The notes under the pieces are model-generated. The model saw only the letters and a program-made list of their open reading frames with translations, was not told the DNA's origin and ran no database searches. From a virus, in the IMG/VR virus record IMGVR_UViG_3300047325_000072, positions 31,559 through 95,558 of that record: a stretch of DNA of 64,000 nt, one strand, 5' to 3'. Numbering within the stretch: position 1 is the first letter of the stretch; every line of letters begins with the position of its first letter. A program made the translations under genes and the position numbers. Positions 28,161 through 37,345 of this stretch are shown here, one piece after another.

Positions 28161-29213
28161 TTAGGCAAGGTCGAACTGAGTGCGCGAGGCGCCCGGAAAG
28201 CGCGTAGCGAAGGTCGAGCGCGCGCCTTGCGCAGCGTCGGCTGCTAGCCGCTCCGGCGACGCCGCGTGCCGTGCACCGGGGCGCGGGGTACGCTCGATCA
28301 GCAAACGCAACGCGCTCGGATCCTTGATCGTTGCCGCCCCGGTAATGCCGAGCGCGCGGCAACCGGCGCGAAGCACGTCCTCCGCCGAGTCGGCTGCAAG
28401 GCCCGGTAAGCCGCCTACCCAGGGGCGCACAAACTCGCGGGCATCGTCGATCGCGCGCTGCTCGCGGCGAAAATCAGCTTTCGCCTCTGCAATCGCCGCG
28501 TCCATCGCCTTTTTGTCCATTGTGCCTCCGGGCTTGGGCTGGCCCTTGAACGGAGGCGGCTCGTCAATCCCGCCGCCCTTAAATTCCTTGTTCGGGTCTT
28601 CCTCCTCGTCGTGAGCTTCCTCAGCCGGCGCCTCGCGGTGCATAGAAGCACCGATGGCCTCGTCAAGCCGGGCAAGCTCCTCCGGGGGCAATTTTCCCTT
28701 AAGCATCTCTTTGATGCGCGCCACGATCGCGGCCGGATCCTCAGCATCCTCGTCCTCACCCTCGCCGCCCATCGTAGCGGCATTCATGTCGGGATCGTCT
28801 TCCATGGTGTCCATTTCCGGCTCGTCGTCGCCGACGCGGGCGATAGCCTCCAGCATCTCAGTCACGTCGCTGATGTCGGCATCCTGGGCCAACCGGCCGC
28901 GCGTCTCGCGCTGTAGCGCGGCAACAAGATCGGGGATCTTGGAGGCGAAATTTTTCTGCGTAATCCCTTTCAAAAGGGGTGTAACGCGAATCTGCGCATC
29001 GGCAGCGAGCCGGGGCGCAAGGTAGGTACGCAGCGCGCCCGTAGCCAAAATGGCGGTGGGCGAGACGGTAGACTTAAACATCGTCTTCCTCTCACTATTT
29101 CCGCCGTTGGCGGGGGTTGCAAGCAACTTTGAATCCAGACCGAGCTTTTGAAGCGCCTCAGCAGGAGTCTTAAATCTTTTCTTTAATGCGGCCACGAGAC
29201 GGTCGCTCACCAT
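28161..29213 (-). CDS. Capsid scaffolding protein
   Basis: Acidic and helical; MDKKAMDAAI, AREFVRPWVG..AADSAEDV; lies between protease and decoration genes. Confidence 0.75.
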   Translation of the reverse strand: MVSDRLVAALKKRFKTPAEALQKLGLDSKLLATPANGGNSERKTMFKSTVSPTAILATGALRTYLAPRLAADAQIRVTPLLKGITQKNFASKIPDLVAALQRETRGRLAQDADISDVTEMLEAIARVGDDEPEMDTMEDDPDMNAATMGGEGEDEDAEDPAAIVARIKEMLKGKLPPEELARLDEAIGASMHREAPAEEAHDEEEDPNKEFKGGGIDEPPPFKGQPKPGGTMDKKAMDAAIAEAKADFRREQRAIDDAREFVRPWVGGLPGLAADSAEDVLRAGCRALGITGAATIKDPSALRLLIERTPRPGARHAASPERLAADAAQGARSTFATRFPGASRTQFDLA

Positions 29214-29263
29214 AGCCTCCTCCGAGAGAAACCGCCTGCTTTAGCTGGCGGAGGGATCTCCTT

Positions 29264-29449
29264 TTATTTAATCTTTCCGTGTTCACGGCCGATAAAAGCG
29301 GCTAAAGCCGCGGGATCGTGGACGCCTTTCTTGTGGGCCAGCGAGTTTTCTAGCTTACCGAAAGATTCGTCCTTAGCTCGCTTCATCTCTTTTGCCCAAG
29401 CATCAAAAGCGCGAGCTAGCTTGTCCCAACCTTGGGTGTTTTCCTTCAT
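29264..29449 (-). CDS. Small head-region protein
   Basis: ATGA overlap with protease stop; AKD followed by FGKLENSLAHKKGVHDPAALAAFIGR. Confidence 0.6.
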   Translation of the reverse strand: MKENTQGWDKLARAFDAWAKEMKRAKDESFGKLENSLAHKKGVHDPAALAAFIGREHGKIK

Positions 29450-31020
29450 TCTAACCAACTACTCCTGAGCGCCGCGGCAACGTCGTCCCAGCCGTAAGCG
29501 CGCGACATGGTGTCAGCGACTGTAACGTCTTTTCCTTGGCGCCCTTCTTCGACCTGGGCGAGATGCTGGAAACGAATACTGCACATTAAACCATCATAAT
29601 GCTCGCCGTCCGGCGACGTGCCCGGTTCCATTTTGGCAATATATCTGTAGCCTGGACTCAACTCTCTTTTAGAATTGGCCTCTACTTCATCGATAGCCTC
29701 TTGGGGCCAAAACACAAGTGAATTAGAAATAAAGGGTGCATCCCACCGGGCGTCAGTGCCGGTTGATCCAACAACAAGTTGTGCGTTCTTTGCATGTGTC
29801 TTTGCATCAACCCCTGCATGCTGCCCTAAAATCGGGATATTGTTCGCTGAGCGAACCGTCTCCGGCTTAGACAACTCTTCTGCCGATCGATAAAGCATGT
29901 ATTTCTTGTCAGGGTCTAGGCCCAGTTCTTCACTATTGGGGATTTCGTGACCGAAATACGGATCGACCCTCTCCATTGCGAGGTTGCTTCGTTCAACATG
30001 CAACCTTCCCTCAGCATCCTTAGAACGAACAGTGTCCTTATCCTGCCCGATATCCGCTCCGAACTCCCTCTCTCGGATACTATCCGCACGACGGGCAAGA
30101 TCTCCACGACCCTGGAGGCGCGCACGGCGCGCCGCGGCTAAGAGCAGGTTGCGGGTATATTTCCATTCGCCGTCACGTTTTTCCTTAACCGGATATTTTC
30201 GCTGACTTGGAATGAGAAACGCGCTTTCCGGCATATCCTCGCGGTGCGCCGTACTGTCAACCTCCTCGCGGGTTGTTTTCGAGAGTTTGCCTGTAGGATC
30301 GGAAGCGTCCTCTGCCTCCACATTTACCGTCGGCTGCCGGCTCTGCTCGCGCATTTGAGCAGCCGTGACATTGGTCAATCCACCTTCTTTATCGACCAGG
30401 TTCGAACGACTTAGATCGACGAAAGGCTGCAAGACCTTACCGGGACCAGTGCGAAACTCTACGTCAGCCGCATACCGCTTCGCCGTTCCGGCTAACGTTT
30501 CGCGTACCCCCGGATGGAGAGGGTCCGGCAAATCATCCAACCCGCGCCAGCAATAAGCGCTATGCTCGGCATTCAATTTCGGCTCAAACTCGTCGTCTAC
30601 CGGACACAAAAAGCTCGTATGATCCCAACCGTGCGGAGTGCGCGTTGTGCCTAGATTGATCCACTGCCCGTCGTCCTCCGGTACGTGTCCGATTTCCTCT
30701 TGGCTCTCACGGCGCACTGCGTCGTAAGCACCTTCTTCGCCGTCGCATTGGCCGCCCGGCCATGACCAGGTATCGGGCCAGTTCTTTTCATCCGAAGCGC
30801 GTTTTACGAAAAGAACACGTTTCGTTTTAGGCGAAAAATAACCCACCGAGGCAGCTCGGCCTAACGGCGGGACGCCACTATTAGGCGAAAGGTCATCTTG
30901 AGCATGTTCACCTTCGCCTTCTTCCTCGGAAATAAAGGTGATAAAACCTTGAAAGAAACGCTTTAGGTCGCCCAGCCAAGACATGCTGGCGGGGCTATCC
31001 TTAGCCCTGGCGGGTATCAT
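29446..31020 (-). CDS. Prohead protease (DUF2213-like) fused to an N-terminal NUDIX hydrolase and a small DUF6582-like domain
   Basis: Nudix box GGQCDGEEGAYDAVRRESQEEIG; MPESAFLIPSQRKYPV domain; protease region DAEGRLHV..PYFGHEIP..RELSPGYRY..HLAQVEEGRQG. Confidence 0.88.
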   Translation of the reverse strand: MIPARAKDSPASMSWLGDLKRFFQGFITFISEEEGEGEHAQDDLSPNSGVPPLGRAASVGYFSPKTKRVLFVKRASDEKNWPDTWSWPGGQCDGEEGAYDAVRRESQEEIGHVPEDDGQWINLGTTRTPHGWDHTSFLCPVDDEFEPKLNAEHSAYCWRGLDDLPDPLHPGVRETLAGTAKRYAADVEFRTGPGKVLQPFVDLSRSNLVDKEGGLTNVTAAQMREQSRQPTVNVEAEDASDPTGKLSKTTREEVDSTAHREDMPESAFLIPSQRKYPVKEKRDGEWKYTRNLLLAAARRARLQGRGDLARRADSIREREFGADIGQDKDTVRSKDAEGRLHVERSNLAMERVDPYFGHEIPNSEELGLDPDKKYMLYRSAEELSKPETVRSANNIPILGQHAGVDAKTHAKNAQLVVGSTGTDARWDAPFISNSLVFWPQEAIDEVEANSKRELSPGYRYIAKMEPGTSPDGEHYDGLMCSIRFQHLAQVEEGRQGKDVTVADTMSRAYGWDDVAAALRSSWLE

Positions 31021-31211
31021 CAACCAATAAATCCCTTGCAAGGCAAGTAATCGTATACTCCGGAATCAGGTTTACGACAGGCTTCCTTACGCTTGCCGCA
31101 ACGTTTGCACGCCTCAAAACTCTCGCCTTCTTTTGTCACTGCGCCAAAGTCATGGTTTACGCGTGTTGCTAATTCCCGCACAAAATTGTCAATTTCCGAC
31201 GATTTAGGCAT
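31020..31211 (-). CDS. Small Cys-rich hypothetical protein
   Basis: HDF..CKRCG..C..C; translationally coupled on both sides. Confidence 0.55.
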   Translation of the reverse strand: MPKSSEIDNFVRELATRVNHDFGAVTKEGESFEACKRCGKRKEACRKPDSGVYDYLPCKGFIG

Positions 31212-32273
31212 TTACGCTGGTACCAACAAACCGGCCGGCGGCCACGCGAATGCCGTACCCAGCGGATTGGGTGCTGAGACGGTGCGGATGTCGGTCGAAT
31301 GCCGGCAATCGACCATTACTAAACCAATGGGATCGACCAAACCGGCAATGGCAGGAGCGCGGCCAGCAGCAAGCATAGCGGCGTTGCGCTGCTCAGCGGT
31401 ATAGCCGGCGACTACGCTGCCCGGCAATTCCCAAGCTGACCACTGGACCTCACCGAGGTCACGGGCAAATATCATCCGCTCGCAATCACCGCGGATGTCT
31501 GTCGGCGCAATGTTGTAGTGCATCGACACAATGCAATCGAGATTAGGCGTCTGTGCCACGCCGTTGACCGAGCACGGCACCGGCAGGGTCAAGCGCTGAT
31601 AGGTGGTATATGCCGTTCCAGTCTGCGGTGTAGTTGGACATACAATCGCCATGCCGCCCTGCTGTGATCCTCCGATCGGCGTCGCGTTCCGCAAGGTACC
31701 ATCGACATCGTTGAGCCAGTTGAGCCAGGAAGGTTTCTGACAATCCGGGCTGAAAAACCAGACGCCATTGACATCGGCAGCCGAACCGTCGTGGGTGTAG
31801 AAATCACCGACACCGTGCGCGACCGATCCACTCGCGAGTTGAATGTCGCTGACCCGGAAACAATCACCGCCATCGTCCGGCGCGTCGTAGGTGAACCATG
31901 AACCCTGCGGATAGCTAGGGCCACCGTAATCGAAGGTGCGGATTGCGAATTGCACACCGTTGCGAGTGACAAGGTAACAGTCGCAGCGCTGCACATCCAA
32001 ACCGGCATCGAGCTTGTACCAGTAGATTGGGTCGGCTTCGGTTTGCGGACGGGTGTAAAGGTATCCCGGATCAAGTGGTGTCAGTGTCGGATCAGCCCCG
32101 ACCCCATGCACGAGGTAGCGCAGCATGTCGGCATCGGCCATACCGATCGGAACCGGAGCCGGAGCCGGCGGCGATGGTGTAGGAATGGGAGCCGGCGTCG
32201 GGGTCGGAGCCGATGACCCGCCGCACCCGGCGACCGCCAATGTGGACAACAGAAGCCCACGTCGCGATATCAC
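31212..32273 (-). CDS. Tat-signal lipoprotein with Pro/Thr linker
   Basis: RBS GGGAG and GTG at 32273; ISRRGLLLSTLAVAGC; PTPTPAPIPTPSPP linker. Confidence 0.72.
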   Translation of the reverse strand: MISRRGLLLSTLAVAGCGGSSAPTPTPAPIPTPSPPAPAPVPIGMADADMLRYLVHGVGADPTLTPLDPGYLYTRPQTEADPIYWYKLDAGLDVQRCDCYLVTRNGVQFAIRTFDYGGPSYPQGSWFTYDAPDDGGDCFRVSDIQLASGSVAHGVGDFYTHDGSAADVNGVWFFSPDCQKPSWLNWLNDVDGTLRNATPIGGSQQGGMAIVCPTTPQTGTAYTTYQRLTLPVPCSVNGVAQTPNLDCIVSMHYNIAPTDIRGDCERMIFARDLGEVQWSAWELPGSVVAGYTAEQRNAAMLAAGRAPAIAGLVDPIGLVMVDCRHSTDIRTVSAPNPLGTAFAWPPAGLLVPA

Positions 32274-32344
32274 CTTATTTTCTCCCGCGTTGCGGCGGCC
32301 GCCGTGGCAAGAGATTGGATGGCGAGATCGCTCATAGGCATCGA

Positions 32345-32701
32345 CTATTGGCAATTGTGATTAAACGCCTGGACCGCTTTATCAAGCATAGACGGGATGA
32401 TCTTCCGCTGCGCCCAGATATCTGGGTCGTTTTTCTCCATCCGGGAAATCTCAGTATCCATAAGATCGCGGATTTCCGGCGTGATCTTGTAAACTGGCTG
32501 AGGCGGTGTGTCGCCGATCTTGATCAAATTACTTCCTCGGACCGAAACACCCTCGCCGATAGCTATCACGCATCGCCCCTCGGCGTTACTATTTGGGCCA
32601 ATCGCAAATGCAAATCCGGTCGGCATTGCGTCGGTAGCTGAAACCGGAACGGCTAGAGCGCAAGCCAGAGCCGTCGCCCCCAACAAACGAACGATCATCA
32701 T
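32345..32701 (-). CDS. Small secreted protein with YadA-head-like motifs
   Basis: Signal peptide; AIGPNSNAEGRCVIAIGEG. Confidence 0.55.
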   Translation of the reverse strand: MMIVRLLGATALACALAVPVSATDAMPTGFAFAIGPNSNAEGRCVIAIGEGVSVRGSNLIKIGDTPPQPVYKITPEIRDLMDTEISRMEKNDPDIWAQRKIIPSMLDKAVQAFNHNCQ

Positions 32702-34845
32702 TTCCCAACCCCCACATAGCGGCGAAGCGCCTCGACCTCGCGCTGCTGATCCTGCATGGCGGCGACAAGCACGGCAATCGCGTTCAGGTAGCGCACCTTG
32801 AGCGGCCGGCCGTCATTGTCGTTCGCGACGAGCCGGGGATCGATCTTAGCGACTTGCTCGGCGATCAGACCAAGTTGCTCGCCCTCAGCCTCGTTATCGT
32901 TGTACGCGAACGACACCGGCGCCATCGCCATGATCTCACTTAGCGCGCCTGTAAGCGGCTGAATTCCGTGCTTGAAGCGCTCGGACGAGACGAGGCAGGT
33001 GTTTGTGTTGTCGTAAGTTAGCAAACCGGCTGGGGAGCTTCCTGAGCTAAAGCAAACACTACCGGTTTGCGCGGCGGTAGAATTAGCCATCCCTGACACG
33101 GAAAGAGTGCCGCCGATCGTGGTAGCAGAAGTGCTCGGCGTTCCGGTACCGGTTGCCTTCCAGACACCCTCGATATTTATGGTATTGCTGCCACCCGATG
33201 TCAGGCTCGACTGTGTTCCCACCACAATGGCGTTACTATCGCTCCCGCCACCGCAGGTAACATTGCCGTCAGTACCGATAAAAATCAGCCTATGACCATT
33301 GGTGCATGTGGTAGTGCCAATGGTTGAGCCAAGAAACGTCAGGGCGAAGCCGGTAAGATTTCCATTGCCGGAAGCTGCTCCGACTACAACGGAGTTGTTC
33401 GGCCCCCGAGCACCGGAGGCCCCGCCAGTCTGGTTTCCGCCGATAATTACCGAGTTCCCAGACGTGCCGACTACATTATCAGCCTTAAAGCCGATAATGA
33501 CATCGCCATTCGAGTTTACTACTGAGGGAGCAACCCCAGACCCAAGTAAAACAGATTGGGTAGCGGAGGTTAGATTGAGAGTGGCAGCTTGGCTCCCTAT
33601 GATCACGTCATCGGTGCCTGAAATATTCTCAGCACTGCCCGTGCCGACGATTACATCACGTGCGGCCCCACTGGCAACATTTCTGCCAGTATCAGTTCCA
33701 AAGCACAGCATAGAGCCGCCCGATGTCCCGGTACCGCCGACACCGCAAGCATTCAAGCCGAGAGCTGTATTGAAATTACCGCCGCGTATTCCACTGCCTG
33801 CGCTATATCCAACAAATGTACTTTCAGTCCCGGAAAACCCTGGGTATGTCAGGCCGGCATTGAGGAACAGATTTCCTTGACCGTTTGAAAGGGTCGCATA
33901 TTGCAAACCAGCAACCAACTCTCCGAAGCTGAGAGTGTTAAACGTTGCCCCCGTACCGCTCCCCGTTGAAGACCCCTGGCTGATCGTGCCGCTGGGCGGA
34001 ATAGAATATATGCCGTTTGTAGTTGTCTGATACTTCAACGCTCCCATCGTCATCGCAACTTGTGCGCCGCTGAGGCCGCATCCGGTTACTGGCTCATTCG
34101 GAACAACTCCTGACGCTATTCCGGTCGGGTTTGTTGTATAGTCTCCGGCTACTGCGACCGTCAAAGCGCCCGTCAAAGCGTTGCCGCTTACAGTTCCGGC
34201 AAACTGTGCCTTGGTTCCTAGTCCGGTCGTAGCTGTAACAGTACACGCACCATTTGTTCCGCCCGACCCACCTGCGGCCACCGTACCGGATATTGCCTCG
34301 ATGTCCGTTACAGCGAGCGTAGCTTGAAGGGTTGCGGTCCCGCCGGTGATTGTGATGCCGTCCCCGACAGCATATAATGTTCCTGGAGCGGCGGTGTTGC
34401 CTCCACTTCCGACAAGTCCATAACTGAAATTAACGCTATTTAGGCTCGGGGCCGTGATCGTCCCGCCCAGCGTGTAGGTGCCTGTCGCCGTGCCGGACAG
34501 CACCGGCGACGCAATCGCCAGCCCACTAGGCAGCGTCGAGGATATCGACGGCACGCCGCTGCCGTTGGTAACAAGAACGCCGCTATTGCCCGTGGCAAGG
34601 TTTCCGAGGACACCGCCATTGTCATACAAAAGGCCATTTGGTGTGTCACCGACGATATTCGTCTTGCCTACAGCGATTGAGGCTGCCGAGCCAATCGACG
34701 AGATCAATCCGTTGACGCAATTCGTGGTAGAACCGTCACACTGGACAATACCCTTGCGAGTATTTGTTGCGGGATCGGTTTGCGCAAAGGCTAACGGCGA
34801 CCACAGGAAAACTACAGCAACAACCAGGAGCCGGCTAATGATCAT
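32698..34845 (-). CDS. Fibre/adhesin-like protein with Sec signal peptide and C-terminal S74 intramolecular chaperone
   Basis: RBS GGGAGG and ATG 34845; MIISRLLVVAVVFLWSPLAFA-Q; VIIG-type beta-roll repeats; SSERFKHGI..GLIAEQV..VRYLNAIAVLVAAMQDQ. Confidence 0.85.
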   Translation of the reverse strand: MIISRLLVVAVVFLWSPLAFAQTDPATNTRKGIVQCDGSTTNCVNGLISSIGSAASIAVGKTNIVGDTPNGLLYDNGGVLGNLATGNSGVLVTNGSGVPSISSTLPSGLAIASPVLSGTATGTYTLGGTITAPSLNSVNFSYGLVGSGGNTAAPGTLYAVGDGITITGGTATLQATLAVTDIEAISGTVAAGGSGGTNGACTVTATTGLGTKAQFAGTVSGNALTGALTVAVAGDYTTNPTGIASGVVPNEPVTGCGLSGAQVAMTMGALKYQTTTNGIYSIPPSGTISQGSSTGSGTGATFNTLSFGELVAGLQYATLSNGQGNLFLNAGLTYPGFSGTESTFVGYSAGSGIRGGNFNTALGLNACGVGGTGTSGGSMLCFGTDTGRNVASGAARDVIVGTGSAENISGTDDVIIGSQAATLNLTSATQSVLLGSGVAPSVVNSNGDVIIGFKADNVVGTSGNSVIIGGNQTGGASGARGPNNSVVVGAASGNGNLTGFALTFLGSTIGTTTCTNGHRLIFIGTDGNVTCGGGSDSNAIVVGTQSSLTSGGSNTINIEGVWKATGTGTPSTSATTIGGTLSVSGMANSTAAQTGSVCFSSGSSPAGLLTYDNTNTCLVSSERFKHGIQPLTGALSEIMAMAPVSFAYNDNEAEGEQLGLIAEQVAKIDPRLVANDNDGRPLKVRYLNAIAVLVAAMQDQQREVEALRRYVGVGK

Positions 34846-34991
34846 ACGGCCTCCCAATGGATTCCCTCTGCCGGGATCTCCATGTTGGCCGACATCAGAG
34901 AGCGCCAGATTACCCCGGCACACATAACAAGCTGATTGAGGGCATAGCCGCCTAGAGCAATCTGATTGGCGCGAGTATGGACAATGGGCAA
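34842..34991 (-). CDS. 49-aa CBM5/12-like protein (not in ORF track)
   Basis: RBS GAGGAG, TTG start; YALNQLVMCAGVIWRSLMSANMEIPAEGIHWEAV matches the Y..V..G..W....P....W pattern; stop overlaps the next ATG. Confidence 0.5.
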   Translation of the reverse strand: MPIVHTRANQIALGGYALNQLVMCAGVIWRSLMSANMEIPAEGIHWEAV

Positions 34992-34996
34992 ACGAT

Positions 34997-35185
34997 TTAG
35001 CTCCTCACGCTCCGGGCAACATCCATGTCGGCAAGCGCGCGGGTAGCGGCGTCCTTAACATCGATCGCTTCCTTGCGGGTTGTGCGACCCTCCCGCAGAT
35101 GGCCGATCGTACGTTTGATGTCAGTCATGATCTTTTCGGCCTCAGCGGCCTTCGGATTGGCAGTGTCAGCGTTGGTGGTTGTCAT
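34997..35185 (-). CDS. Small hypothetical protein
   Basis: 62-aa ORF abutting the upstream stop; begins TTTNAD and contains VKD. Confidence 0.55.
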   Translation of the reverse strand: MTTTNADTANPKAAEAEKIMTDIKRTIGHLREGRTTRKEAIDVKDAATRALADMDVARSVRS

Positions 35186-35344
35186 CTATCGGATCCCTGG
35201 CATAAATATGTAAAGACCTAGTAGCAAAACCGCGACAAACGCGAAGAATATGTTGCTAGAGGAAAACTGTACGAGCGGCGGAAAAGGTAAAATCGTAAGT
35301 AGCCATAGAAACATGACTACAACAAAGAGGATTTCTAGGATCAT
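35186..35344 (-). CDS. 52-aa two-TM membrane protein (not in ORF track)
   Basis: MILEILFVVVMFLWLLTILPFPPLVQFSSSNIFFAFVAVLLLGLYIFMPGIR; ATGA overlap with MuF stop. Confidence 0.6.
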   Translation of the reverse strand: MILEILFVVVMFLWLLTILPFPPLVQFSSSNIFFAFVAVLLLGLYIFMPGIR

Positions 35345-36150
35345 ATGTTAAATCCTGCGACTACTGGACGGCTCACACATCGACAATTTATTAAAGAACC
35401 CGGAAAAACCCAATCTTCTTCGACTGGGTCCCACCAACCAGTGGAAAGATCAAATCGAACCTTATCGCGCCCCGCCTTTACATGCGAGGGCCGCGGAACT
35501 TTGCCACCCGCCGAATGAACCCAAACAGCTTCACGGATGCCAACCTCCATCGAGCGTATCCGCTGTAGGTTGGCGGTGGCTTTGTTATTCTGATCTCGGC
35601 TGATCAGCGCAGCCCGGCGCTTCGCCACACCGAACTGCGTCTGTAGCGTCTCAGCCAACGGCCCCATATCGCGACCCGCGGCCACTGAGCGCATAACCGC
35701 GCCGCCGATCTCCTCGAAATACCGCGAGGGGATCGATCGGATTAACCCCACATTTTCCTCGACGATCGCGTTCAGAGAATCGCGCATCGCGGCAGTCATC
35801 TTGAATTCAACCGTCATGCCGCCTTTGGCGAGGGATCGGCGTAATGCAGCGTCGCTGCGTTTTGCTGTTTCCTGAGCAAAATAAGCCGCAAGGTCCAGGG
35901 CTAACTGGTTAAATCGCCGTTGCCAGCGTCGTTTGAGTCGATTGACGGCGCGTCGCAACGCGGTAGCGGGTAGTTCATCCTGTGCTAGCAGCGCGACCTC
36001 GGGATTGTTAGCCCGATAGCACGCCTGTAACCAATAGGTTACAGAGCGCGACATCTCCTCGATAAGATCGTCCAACCGCCTTCTATAGCGTTGCTGTATG
36101 GCCGCGGAAGGACGAACCGGCGCGGCTGTTTTAAGTCGAGTGGTCGCCAC
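35341..36150 (-). CDS. Minor head protein (MuF / SPP1 gp7-like)
   Basis: ENVGLIRSIP, RRAALISRDQNNKA, W.HS....PRPSH, PGSLINCRC. Confidence 0.93.
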   Translation of the reverse strand: MATTRLKTAAPVRPSAAIQQRYRRRLDDLIEEMSRSVTYWLQACYRANNPEVALLAQDELPATALRRAVNRLKRRWQRRFNQLALDLAAYFAQETAKRSDAALRRSLAKGGMTVEFKMTAAMRDSLNAIVEENVGLIRSIPSRYFEEIGGAVMRSVAAGRDMGPLAETLQTQFGVAKRRAALISRDQNNKATANLQRIRSMEVGIREAVWVHSAGGKVPRPSHVKAGRDKVRFDLSTGWWDPVEEDWVFPGSLINCRCVSRPVVAGFNI

Positions 36151-37345
36151 GATAGTAGCTCTTTACTTCCGTGTAAGCCGCGCCATACGCGACATCGAGA
36201 GCCTGCTTTAGAGCGACACGCTCGCGGTTTAATCGCACGGCATAAAGATGTTCGTTTGTGGCAACTGCGTTTTCAGACAGGGAAGCAGGAACCAACGTCT
36301 CAAGTAAATCGAAAGTGCGCAAGTGCAACGCTTCCAATTCCCCGTAGAGCGCATCGGCCTGCGGGTTGGCGGGAAGAACGCGCCGAAGCTCGGTAAAGCG
36401 CTGATATTCACGCTCGATAAGCGCACGCTCAATTGCACCCAAACGAGCGCGCTTAACCGCGAGCACAGCTAAACGGTCCAGGACATCGCCGGGGGAAAGC
36501 GACGCCTGGACCGTTAGCACCGGGCCGGGGGACGCGGTCCGGGTTCCTACGGCGAGCAATGCCGCGATAACCTCTTCATGGTTGTGCTCAGTGAGCTTGA
36601 ACTCATCGGCGTCGTAATCATTGCCCGTGAACTTGGTAACATAGGCGTAAGGGTAAGTATCGAACGCCCAGGGGTGCTGCTTGCCCCCATCCACTGACGG
36701 CGTAACAAGCGACTTACGACACGGGAAAGCAGCCGCTGTCAAAATTGACATTACACCGCATTGCGGGCCGATTACCCAATCACTCGCCGCGGCACACGCG
36801 AATAAGTCGCCCAAAGACCAAGCTGGGTTATTTCGACGCGTGCTATAGCCGGCGCGCGTAAGAGCATAGTTCAAATTATCCCAAAACCAGGGCCAGTGAT
36901 TAGGCCAACTCCGGGCCTCCGGTACCAGCAACACAGTGCCCGGATCGCGCGGCGGCGTCGGTAGATTGCAGGGCGCTGCTAGCGGCACGTAATGCGGCAA
37001 GCCCAGAAGCACGCGATACATATCCGCCTGGCTAGCGTGGTAATGCGCAGTAAGCTGATCGATCCGCGCACCGGAACGAACAAAGCTCGGGTGAACGTAA
37101 AAAGGCCGCTCATCCTTTAGAAGGACGTTCTCGTAAGTGCGCTGAAAGTCCGGGTGGTTTTCAGCAAAAATGACGAGATGATCGTCGATCGTATAAGTGT
37201 GATCGAATAAATCCGCGATCGGCGCGTCGTGAGCCTTGACGACTAACTCGACATCCAAGCGATCATGGTATTGCTTGAAAGACTCCAAAAGCGCACAAGC
37301 AAGGTAAACGTCGCCTGTACCAAACATTGCGACGAGTCGGGTCAC
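36131..37345 (-). CDS. GT9 (heptosyltransferase-like) glycosyltransferase fused to a C-terminal DUF6165-like domain
   Basis: GTG start overlaps the upstream stop; GTGDVYL, VLLVPEARSW, LGDLFACAAASDWVIGPQCGVMSIL (GT9 pattern); C-terminal SPGDVLDRLAVL..NRERVALKQ..EVKSY. Confidence 0.65.
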   Translation of the reverse strand: MTRLVAMFGTGDVYLACALLESFKQYHDRLDVELVVKAHDAPIADLFDHTYTIDDHLVIFAENHPDFQRTYENVLLKDERPFYVHPSFVRSGARIDQLTAHYHASQADMYRVLLGLPHYVPLAAPCNLPTPPRDPGTVLLVPEARSWPNHWPWFWDNLNYALTRAGYSTRRNNPAWSLGDLFACAAASDWVIGPQCGVMSILTAAAFPCRKSLVTPSVDGGKQHPWAFDTYPYAYVTKFTGNDYDADEFKLTEHNHEEVIAALLAVGTRTASPGPVLTVQASLSPGDVLDRLAVLAVKRARLGAIERALIEREYQRFTELRRVLPANPQADALYGELEALHLRTFDLLETLVPASLSENAVATNEHLYAVRLNRERVALKQALDVAYGAAYTEVKSYYRGDHST

